Positions 6,870-14,700 of a stretch of DNA of 24,094 nt are shown here, piece after piece. The notes beneath the pieces are model-generated. The model was not told the DNA's origin. It saw only the letters and a list, made by a program, of their open reading frames with translations, and did no database searches. Origin of the DNA: a virus. Its lineage: Duplodnaviria > Caudoviricetes. How positions within the stretch are numbered: the stretch's first letter is position 1; each line of letters opens with the position of its first letter. A program made the position numbers and the translations under genes. The stretch lies in the IMG/VR virus record IMGVR_UViG_3300023184_000512, positions 1 to 24,094 of that record. One strand, 5' to 3'.

Positions 6870-9077
6870 ATGGCGGATATTGCATCTAAACTAATTAATC
6901 TGAGCGCAGAGAAACTTCTCACGCTCCATGAGAACCTTCACAAATCTATGGCTCCTACGGCTGCCGAGATTGAGGTACACCACACGGTCCTCAACGAGAT
7001 GGCTCGTCGCAAGATGTCTCGCCCTCAAGACTCATGGGATGAGTTCGAAATCCTTGTAGATTCAATTAAAGATGTTGACCTGACCTCTCTCGCCTCCTCG
7101 TTACCTGAAGGAATGGTTGAAGATGTAATTAAGACAACTGGGAGTCCAATTGGAAATGTCGATACCTATCTAACAATTGATGGCTATGAAATGCGTATCG
7201 AGCCAGTTGAATTTGACCCTATGGAAAAGATGATTCGTGAAGAGGGTGGAAAGTACACAGTTTACGATTCAACTGGAAAGCGAAAGTTTGGTACATACAG
7301 TTCAGAGAAAGAGGCTCAAGACCGCCTTGACCAAATTCACCGATTCTCAAAGGCAGATAACACTCCTCCTAAATCAGTTCGAGATGCAGCGCGTCGCGCC
7401 CTAGATTGGATTGCTGATGGAAAGGCTGGCAGTGGATTCACAGCAGTTGGAAAGCACCGCGCTTCGCAATTAGCAGCGGGAGAATCAGTATCTATTGAAA
7501 CTTTGAAGAGAATGAAATCATTCTTCTCTCGTCATGAAGTTGATAAGAATGCTCTTGGATTTACTCAAGGCGAAAAAGGTTATCCATCCGCTGGTCGAGT
7601 TGCTTGGGATGCTTGGGGCGGAGACGCAGGATTTGCATGGGCTGAGTCCATGGTTGCTCGCGCCGAAAAAGAAGAAGTTGTAAAACATAATCCTGGGCAA
7701 CACGACCAAAAAACTCACGGTAAATGGGCTGATGGAATTGCTGAAGCAATTTTGGCAGGTGGTCACCCTGAAGTAGAACCTGAGAATCTATCTGCTTTCT
7801 TGATGAAAGCATCAAAGCGAACAGACCATCCTGATTTAACGGAGTTAAGCATCAAGGGAACATTGCTATATGGCGATGAAGGAATGGGAATTGCTCGTAA
7901 AGATATGCCTCAAATTCCTGGAAAAGAACGCGCTCGCTTCTTATCTGAGATTGAAGCCAAATTAGGTGTTACGGCTGAGAAAGAAAAGATTGACCCAACC
8001 ACTCTCAAGCCAGTTCAGAAAGAAATTTCTGCTTCTCGTTCAGGTGCTATCTATAATAAATTCCGCGAAGATGGCAAGATTCCAAAAGATGAACGAATTC
8101 TTATTTCCAAAGATGGTTACGTTATTGATGGACACCATACATGGGGCGCTGCTGTTGCATTTGCATTTGATAATCCTGGAACTGAGTTGCCTGTCTATCG
8201 TCTTTCAGTAACAGCAAAAGAGGCACTAGATATTTCACTAGACTGGTCAACAAAGAATGGTTTTGAAGGTCAAGCAATTGATGCACCCGCTAAGAAAGCA
8301 CTTATTTGGAAACATGAAGGTGGCGGGCATGACCAAAAGAAACATGGTGCATGGGCTGCTGGTTCTTCGGCGTATGCAGATGATGTTGCTCCAACAAAAG
8401 AGCGCTCAGCAAAGGCTGTTTCACTTGCGAGCGCTATCCGTGACCGCTCAGTTAAAATTGAACCACAGGTCACAGAGTTAGTAAATACTTTTGCTAAAAA
8501 CGCTGATGGAAAACTCATGGGATTAAGCCAACGCCTAAAGTCAACAGATTCACTTGCTCGAAAGATTGATGCAGATGCTGCAAAGGAGCATGAAGGAAAT
8601 CACGAGAAGGCTGCTGAAGGAGTATCAGATGCAATTCGTTACACCATCAAAGTTTCTGATGCAAACTATGCAGATGGATTAGATGCAACAGTAAAGGGTC
8701 TTGAAGCAACTGGCTGGAAAGTCCGCACCAAAAACTTTTGGACGGCTGGAGACCCATATGATGGGGTCAATATCAAGGCTGTGAAGAATGGCGTAGCAAT
8801 TGAGATTCAGTTGCACACACCAAAATCACTTGAAGTAAAAGAAGGAAAACTTCATAGGGTTTATGAGAAGTACCGTGTGTCTACAGACAATCAATACCGT
8901 ATCGCCCGATGGGATGAGATGGTTGTAATGGCTAAGCAAATTCCTCGCCCCGATAACATGCCAAAAGTTTTAGGAATCGGCTCCCTTGAGGTTCAGCGCT
9001 TTGAAACTGCTGAAGAGGCAGGATTGACTAAATCAACCCCAGTTGATATACTCCAAAACGAGAGAGGAGGAGAATAA
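6870..9077 (+). CDS. 735-aa multi-module head-associated polyprotein: helical N-terminus, two small conserved-looking head modules, tagged ParB/Srx-like domain, tagged RelA/SpoT-like (alarmone synthetase-like) domain
   Basis: Tags at 7683 and 8310. ParB-like: LKPVQKEI...ILISKDGYVIDGHHTW. RelA/SpoT-like: RLKSTDSLARKI, DAIRYT, KNFW...YDGVN, EIQLHT, HRVYEKYR. Confidence 0.85.
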   Translation: MADIASKLINLSAEKLLTLHENLHKSMAPTAAEIEVHHTVLNEMARRKMSRPQDSWDEFEILVDSIKDVDLTSLASSLPEGMVEDVIKTTGSPIGNVDTYLTIDGYEMRIEPVEFDPMEKMIREEGGKYTVYDSTGKRKFGTYSSEKEAQDRLDQIHRFSKADNTPPKSVRDAARRALDWIADGKAGSGFTAVGKHRASQLAAGESVSIETLKRMKSFFSRHEVDKNALGFTQGEKGYPSAGRVAWDAWGGDAGFAWAESMVARAEKEEVVKHNPGQHDQKTHGKWADGIAEAILAGGHPEVEPENLSAFLMKASKRTDHPDLTELSIKGTLLYGDEGMGIARKDMPQIPGKERARFLSEIEAKLGVTAEKEKIDPTTLKPVQKEISASRSGAIYNKFREDGKIPKDERILISKDGYVIDGHHTWGAAVAFAFDNPGTELPVYRLSVTAKEALDISLDWSTKNGFEGQAIDAPAKKALIWKHEGGGHDQKKHGAWAAGSSAYADDVAPTKERSAKAVSLASAIRDRSVKIEPQVTELVNTFAKNADGKLMGLSQRLKSTDSLARKIDADAAKEHEGNHEKAAEGVSDAIRYTIKVSDANYADGLDATVKGLEATGWKVRTKNFWTAGDPYDGVNIKAVKNGVAIEIQLHTPKSLEVKEGKLHRVYEKYRVSTDNQYRIARWDEMVVMAKQIPRPDNMPKVLGIGSLEVQRFETAEEAGLTKSTPVDILQNERGGE
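9024..9052 (+). promoter_or_regulatory. Near-consensus sigma70/sigmaA promoter inside the 3' end of the RelA/SpoT-like gene
   Basis: TTGACT (9024-9029), 17 nt, TATACT (9047-9052), with an extended TG at 9044-9045. Lies upstream of the GAGGAGG SD of ORF 9080. Confidence 0.7.
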
Positions 9078-9079
9078 AT

Positions 9080-10075
9080 ATGCGTTACTTTGTAAAGACT
9101 GATATCAATTTTCAGCCTGTGGTGCTCTATCGCTTCAATCTTGACGTACCCGATAGCATTTCAGAAGAGATATGGAAACCGATTGCTAATACTTGGGAAC
9201 CATCGGAAAGAATCGTTGAAGTTCTAACTCAAGGCTCAGCAGATTTTGACGAAGTAAGCGAAGAGTTGGCTCGCAAAACCTTCCCTGATGCTTTCTCGGA
9301 AGTGGCTAAATCAATCGGAGAGTACGAAGTATCCAAGGCTGAAGGCGACAAGCGTTACACGCTAGGAGCCATGTATATCCCCGACCGCTTAGATGCTCAT
9401 GGCGAATGGACAGATGCCGAAGAGTTGCAAAAAGCGGTTTGGGATTATGTTCGAACAGATGACCGTCGAATCCGACTTCAGCACAACCGCGATATCGTGG
9501 CTGGAGAATGGGTCGAGGTTATGGCTTTCCCATATGAGTTGACCGTGCCAATTAGCACCCCATCAGGAATTGAAGTAAACCATACCTACCCGCCAAACAC
9601 TGTTTTTCTTGGAGTTGTTTGGGAACCTTGGGCATGGGAAAAGATTCAAAACGGTGAAATTCTTGGTTATTCTATTGGTGGTCGTGCTGAGCGTTTATAC
9701 GTTGATATGGAAAAGGCAGATGGACCAACAGTTTCTGATGTCCATGTTGATACAGTAATGAATCAACCAAAGAAAAAGAAAAAGGTCATCCAAGATGAGG
9801 AAGTCCTAGTAGAAAAAGAAAAGCCAATCGATATTAAGGCTTTAACTGATTCAATTATTGAAACTATTAAAAAGGACATGCCCGCTCCAGTTGAGCCAGT
9901 AATCATAGAAAAGTCACCTACAATTGACATTGAAGCAATGATGATTAAACTTGCGGAAATAATGTCCGCTAATCAACCTGTCATCAATGTTGTAATGCCT
10001 GAAGAAAAACCTAAAAATCGAAAAATTGAACGGGATGAATTCGGCAATATTTCAAGAATTATTGAGGAAGAATAA
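9080..10075 (+). CDS. XkdF-like putative serine prohead protease with an extra ~75-aa N-terminal immunity-like domain and an acidic C-terminal tail
   Basis: Strong SD GAGGAGG. Protease core from ~9338: [39 protein letters not shown] (Peptidase_S78_2/XkdF pattern). Confidence 0.8.
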   Translation: MRYFVKTDINFQPVVLYRFNLDVPDSISEEIWKPIANTWEPSERIVEVLTQGSADFDEVSEELARKTFPDAFSEVAKSIGEYEVSKAEGDKRYTLGAMYIPDRLDAHGEWTDAEELQKAVWDYVRTDDRRIRLQHNRDIVAGEWVEVMAFPYELTVPISTPSGIEVNHTYPPNTVFLGVVWEPWAWEKIQNGEILGYSIGGRAERLYVDMEKADGPTVSDVHVDTVMNQPKKKKKVIQDEEVLVEKEKPIDIKALTDSIIETIKKDMPAPVEPVIIEKSPTIDIEAMMIKLAEIMSANQPVINVVMPEEKPKNRKIERDEFGNISRIIEEE

Positions 10076-12354
10076 TGTCTACAAATTATCCATCGGGGAT
10101 AGATAATTTTACAAATCCAACACCTACAGACAATTTAGATTCTGTAACGGTTCCCCATGCACAACAACATGCAAATGCTAATGATGCAATTGAAGCAATT
10201 GAAGCAGAATTAGGAACAAATCCTAAAGGCAGTAGTGCATCAGTAAAAGACCGTTTACTGGCAATTGAAGCATCGGTGTCAAATACGGTGGGTCCAACTG
10301 GAGCGACTGGTCCCGCAGGTCCAACAGGTCCAACTGGTCCCGCTGGCGCAGTAGGAGCAACGGGCGCAACGGGTGCTCAAGGAATTCAAGGTATTCAAGG
10401 AGATATTGGTCCAACAGGACCAACGGGCGCTACTGGCGAGCAAGGCGCAACTGGCTCTATTGGTCCAACGGGTGCTCAAGGCGCAACGGGTGCTCAAGGA
10501 GCAACGGGTGCAAAAGGTGATACTGGAGCAACTGGCGCAGGTGGTGCGTTAGGTTATTACGGCGCATTTTCTAGTTATCAAGACCAAACAATTGCGAGTT
10601 CAACAACTGCTTATGAAATGATTTTTGAGCAGACTGATGAAAACAATGGCGTTCGAATGGTTGCCAATGGTGGTGGAAATAAAACCAAAATAACCTTTGA
10701 TTATGCAGGAACTTACAATGTTCAATGGTCAGGTCAATTTGAAAATAGCGATACTCAAGAACACGATGTAAAAATTTGGTTGCGTAAAAATGGTGTAGAT
10801 GTTGCTGGCTCAACTGGACTTGTTGCAGTTGTTTCAAAACACGGTGGAGTTAACGGTCACACATTGCCATCATGGAATTTTGTGTTCACAGTTGCTGCTG
10901 GAGATTATTACGAATTTGTATGGAGTAGTGATACCACTGTTAGTCTTCAAACATACGCTGCATCTGCAAGTCCAACGGCTCCAACAACTGCAAGTTTAGT
11001 TTTAACCGTAACTCAGGTGATGTATACACAAGTTGGACCAACAGGTTTAACTGGCGCAACAGGTCAGCAAGGCGCGACGGGTGCTCAAGGCGCTACTGGC
11101 GCTCAAGGAATTCAAGGTATTACTGGAGCAGTTGGTTCAACAGGTCTTCAAGGTGCTACAGGTGCTAACGGTACTAATGGAATTGATGGTGCAACGGGAG
11201 CAACGGGAGCAACAGGGGCAGTTGGTGCTACGGGAGCAACAGGTCCTCAAGGAGTAAAAGGCGATACAGGCGCAACAGGTCAGCAAGGCGCGACGGGTGC
11301 AACAGGTGCTAACGGCACTAACGGTACAAACGGAATTGACGGAGCAACTGGAGCGACTGGTCCCGCTGGAGCAACTGGCGCAACAGGAGCGACTGGAACT
11401 AACGGAACTAACGGAACTAACGGAACAGACGGCAAGACAGTTAGGAACGGCTCAGGTGCGCCTTCGGCTGGACTTGGGGTTGATGGCGATTTCTACATAG
11501 ATACAACTAACAATTTAATTTATGGACCAAAAACTGCTGGAGCATGGGGAACTGGAACTAGCATAATCGGTCCAACTGGTTCTACGGGAGCAACTGGCGT
11601 AACAGGTGCAGTTGGCGCTACAGGAGCCATAGGAGCAACAGGGTCTACAGGCGCTGTTGGAGCAACAGGTTCGACTGGCGCAACTGGTCCTCAAGGAATT
11701 CAAGGAGATGTAGGTCCCGCTGGAGCCACAGGAGCAACTGGAGCAGTAGGAGCAACAGGTCCTCAAGGTGCAACAGGTGCAACTGGCGCAACAGGAAATA
11801 ATGGTACTGATGGTAAGACAGTTAGAAATGGCAGTGGAGCACCATCATCGGGATTAGGTGTTGATGGCGATTTTTATATTGATACCACAAATAATCTTAT
11901 CTATGGTCCAAAAACTGCTGGCGCTTGGGGAAGTGGTACAAGTTTAATTGGTTCAACGGGCGCGACGGGTGCAACAGGCTCTCCTGGTACAAATGGCACA
12001 AATGGCACAAATGGTACAAATGGAGCCACTGGCGCGACGGGTCCTCAAGGCGCTACTGGAGCAACGGGGGCTGCTGGTACTAACGGGGCTACAGGAGCAA
12101 CTGGAGCAACTGGGCAAGGTGTTCCAGTTGGCGGTACAACTGGACAAGTATTAGCAAAAATAGATGGCACTGATTACAACACTCAATGGGTTGCACAAAC
12201 TGGTGGTGTAACACAAATTATTGCTGGAACTAACGTCACAATTAGTCCCACAGGTGGAACTGGTGTAGTTACTATTAACTCATCAGGTAGTGGCGGTGGC
12301 GGAAGCGCAGTAGACTCAGACCAAAACATATTAGCAACTCAGGTATTTGGATAG
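10075..12354 (+). CDS. Collagen-like fibre protein with central C1q/TNF-like beta domain
   Basis: Long G-X-Y runs (GAT/GPT/GAQ) interrupted by YYGAFSS...[11 protein letters not shown]...WLRKNG and by a duplicated 50-aa unit. TAATG overlap with the protease stop. Confidence 0.85.
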   Translation: MSTNYPSGIDNFTNPTPTDNLDSVTVPHAQQHANANDAIEAIEAELGTNPKGSSASVKDRLLAIEASVSNTVGPTGATGPAGPTGPTGPAGAVGATGATGAQGIQGIQGDIGPTGPTGATGEQGATGSIGPTGAQGATGAQGATGAKGDTGATGAGGALGYYGAFSSYQDQTIASSTTAYEMIFEQTDENNGVRMVANGGGNKTKITFDYAGTYNVQWSGQFENSDTQEHDVKIWLRKNGVDVAGSTGLVAVVSKHGGVNGHTLPSWNFVFTVAAGDYYEFVWSSDTTVSLQTYAASASPTAPTTASLVLTVTQVMYTQVGPTGLTGATGQQGATGAQGATGAQGIQGITGAVGSTGLQGATGANGTNGIDGATGATGATGAVGATGATGPQGVKGDTGATGQQGATGATGANGTNGTNGIDGATGATGPAGATGATGATGTNGTNGTNGTDGKTVRNGSGAPSAGLGVDGDFYIDTTNNLIYGPKTAGAWGTGTSIIGPTGSTGATGVTGAVGATGAIGATGSTGAVGATGSTGATGPQGIQGDVGPAGATGATGAVGATGPQGATGATGATGNNGTDGKTVRNGSGAPSSGLGVDGDFYIDTTNNLIYGPKTAGAWGSGTSLIGSTGATGATGSPGTNGTNGTNGTNGATGATGPQGATGATGAAGTNGATGATGATGQGVPVGGTTGQVLAKIDGTDYNTQWVAQTGGVTQIIAGTNVTISPTGGTGVVTINSSGSGGGGSAVDSDQNILATQVFG
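11422..11952 (+). repeat. Duplicated 150-nt (50-aa) non-collagen unit in the fibre gene
   Basis: 11422-11571 and 11803-11952 both encode [15 protein letters not shown][35 protein letters not shown], with many synonymous differences. Confidence 0.9.
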
Positions 12355-12363
12355 GATAAAACA

Positions 12364-12726
12364 ATGGCAACTTTTACAAAGGTAGCATTTTCAGGCGCAA
12401 CAGACGGTTCACCAATTAAGGTTGTGGCAACTGCATCGGCTGGTACAACTATCCACACAACTGGCACATCATCATCAATCTTTGATGAGATTTGGCTTTA
12501 TGCTTACAACTCATCTACTGGTCCAATTTTGCTAACTGTTCAATACGGTGGTACTGCAACACCTGACGATGACATTAAAATTACTATTCCTTCACAGTCA
12601 GGTTTGACACTAATAGTGCCAGGGCTTATCTTGGCTGGTACAGGTTCAGCAGGTAATACAGTTGCAGCCTATGCAGGAACTGCAAATGTGGTCACAGTTT
12701 CAGGTTATGTAAACAGGATTTCGTAA
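12364..12726 (+). CDS. Small beta-rich virion structural protein
   Basis: 120 aa, T/S/A/G-rich, AGGA upstream, lies within the fibre gene block. Confidence 0.7.
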   Translation: MATFTKVAFSGATDGSPIKVVATASAGTTIHTTGTSSSIFDEIWLYAYNSSTGPILLTVQYGGTATPDDDIKITIPSQSGLTLIVPGLILAGTGSAGNTVAAYAGTANVVTVSGYVNRIS

Positions 12727-13644
12727 ATGGCTAACCCGATTCGTAGAGGCGAATCTAGTTCGCAAGTTTCTAGTTGGGCGCAAAGTGACATAGTTACACC
12801 AAACGCACAGACATCTTTCATACTTCCACACGGCTTAACCCTTAGACAAACAATTAACGCAGGTACAACCTCAGTGACAATCCCCGCTGGTATTACTTGG
12901 GTTTATGCAATCTGTGTTGGTGGTGGTGGTGGCGGTCAAAGTAGCAATATTGACAAAGGTGGCGGGGGCGCTGGTGGAATTGCTTGGGGTTGGACATTGG
13001 CTAATTCAACTTGCGTTGTCGGCACTGGCGGCGGTTACACGCGCTATGGTCATATTATTGCTGGTCCAGGTGGTAATGGTGGCGCAGGTGGTACTGGAAG
13101 CGCTGGAATTTTAGGTGCGGCAGGCGGTGGTGGTGGTGCAGCAACAGGTGGTTCAGGTTCAACTAATTATTATGGAATACCTGGTGGCACCGCTGCAAAT
13201 AATACAAATGGAACTGTAGGTGCTGGTGCTGGTGCTGGTAGTTCTTCAAGTACTTCAAATCCAACTAACGGTGGTAATGGTATTTCAGGTGGTGGTGGTG
13301 GAAGCAATAACATCGGTGTTGCATTTCAAGTAGCAGGCAACGGCGGTTCAGGTTTAGCAGGTGGTGGCGGTGGTAAAGCACAACACGCATCTATTGCAGG
13401 TAACGGCGGCACAGGCGGTAATGGAATAAACATTTTGACTGGTGCAACAACTACTGGTGGCGCTGGCGTATCTTTTACTGCTGGCGGTACTGGCGGTGGC
13501 GGTGGTGGGGCGGGTGTAGCAGGTAACGGAAGTGCTGCTGTTGGTGCTGCTGGCGGTGCAGGCGGTTTAGGCGGCGGTGGTGGTGGCGGTGGAACTACTA
13601 CAAGCGGCGTTGGCGGCGCAGGAATTCTTTATATTTTCTACTAA
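12727..13644 (+). CDS. Glycine-rich virion protein (paralog 1)
   Basis: VTIPAGITWVYAICVGGGGGG start of the Gly-rich domain; ends GAGILYIFY. Confidence 0.8.
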   Translation: MANPIRRGESSSQVSSWAQSDIVTPNAQTSFILPHGLTLRQTINAGTTSVTIPAGITWVYAICVGGGGGGQSSNIDKGGGGAGGIAWGWTLANSTCVVGTGGGYTRYGHIIAGPGGNGGAGGTGSAGILGAAGGGGGAATGGSGSTNYYGIPGGTAANNTNGTVGAGAGAGSSSSTSNPTNGGNGISGGGGGSNNIGVAFQVAGNGGSGLAGGGGGKAQHASIAGNGGTGGNGINILTGATTTGGAGVSFTAGGTGGGGGGAGVAGNGSAAVGAAGGAGGLGGGGGGGGTTTSGVGGAGILYIFY

Positions 13645-13653
13645 GGAGATAAA

Positions 13654-14688
13654 TTGTCAAACATATTTCGTAAGACCAAAGTAGGTACGCAAGTATCTTC
13701 TTGGCAACAATCTTCTAATACAGTCACGCCTAATCAACAAACATCTTTCTTTTTGCCACACGGTTTGACCTTGCGCCATAAAGTTGGTCAAGCAGATATT
13801 ACAAATGTAACTGCTTCTGCTGGCGTTGTTACTTATACGGCTGCAAATAATTATTCTGCTGGTGATATTGTTAGTATCTACAATGTTACTCCAATTGCTT
13901 ACAATTTAAGAGTAGCAACAGTTCGTTCTGCAACTTCAACTCAGTTTACTATAACTAGCGCTGCAACTGGCACTTTTGTATCAGGTGGAATTGTGCAAAA
14001 AATGGGTTATATGTCTGTAACAATTCCTAGTGATATTACTTGGGTATATGCAATCTGTGTCGGTGGCGGTGGTCAAGGTGGTGGTTATAATGGTGGCGGT
14101 GCTGGTGGTGCTGCTTGGGGTTGGACACCTGCTGCTCCATTTTGTTTGATTGGTACTGGCGGAAATAATGCTGGCTTTGGTGGCGGTTCCACTCGTTATG
14201 GCTTGATAATTAGCGGACAGGCTGGCGGTGGTTCGTCAAGCGTTAATGGCTATTATGGCGGAGGAAGTAGCGGTGGTGTTGGTGGGAGTACAAATATGTG
14301 GGGTATGCCTAATGCTGGAGGAGCAGGAAACTCTGCAAATGCAATCTCAGGTGGTGGTGGACTTAATGCAACAGCAATACTTGGTCAAACAGTTACAGCA
14401 GGTAATGGCGGTTCAGGTTTAGTTGGCGGTGGCGGAGGAAGTACAAGTGGCGCTGGTACTTGCATTGGCGGAAACGGTGGAAACGGTGTCAATATAATAA
14501 CTGGAGTTTCCACTACTGGTGGTACTGGTACTACTGGTAGCGGTGCAGTTGGTGCTGGTGGTGGTGGTGCAGGTGTTGTTACTAATGGAGGCGCTGGTAG
14601 TACAAATAACGGTGGTCTTGGCGGTGGCGGAGGCGGTAGTAGTGGTAATGGTTGGGGTGGCGATGGCATACTTTACATTTTCTACTAA
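13654..14688 (+). CDS. Glycine-rich virion protein (paralog 2) with one inserted beta module
   Basis: TTG start with AAGGAG SD. N-terminus similar to paralog 1 (QVSSW...TSF-x-LPHGLTLR); ends GDGILYIFY. Confidence 0.8.
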   Translation: MSNIFRKTKVGTQVSSWQQSSNTVTPNQQTSFFLPHGLTLRHKVGQADITNVTASAGVVTYTAANNYSAGDIVSIYNVTPIAYNLRVATVRSATSTQFTITSAATGTFVSGGIVQKMGYMSVTIPSDITWVYAICVGGGGQGGGYNGGGAGGAAWGWTPAAPFCLIGTGGNNAGFGGGSTRYGLIISGQAGGGSSSVNGYYGGGSSGGVGGSTNMWGMPNAGGAGNSANAISGGGGLNATAILGQTVTAGNGGSGLVGGGGGSTSGAGTCIGGNGGNGVNIITGVSTTGGTGTTGSGAVGAGGGGAGVVTNGGAGSTNNGGLGGGGGGSSGNGWGGDGILYIFY

Positions 14689-14700
14689 GGAGAGCAAACA

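Larger units (their letters stand above)
585..8357 (+). repeat. Dispersed in-frame peptide repeat KH-x(n)-HDQxxHGxWA, 10 copies
   Basis: Copies at 585-626, 978-1025, 1771-1812, 2529-2570, 3555-3596, 4122-4163, 4719-4766, 5439-5501, 7683-7730, 8310-8357. All are in frame with their ORFs. Copy 4 has HNQ; copy 8 is longer and has DDQ. Confidence 0.95.

Noticed and set aside
585-8357. Tag repeats as a CRISPR array or DNA-level regulatory repeat
   Set aside because: Spacing is irregular (hundreds to thousands of nt), all copies are in frame, and variation is largely synonymous or whole-codon, indicating protein-level selection.
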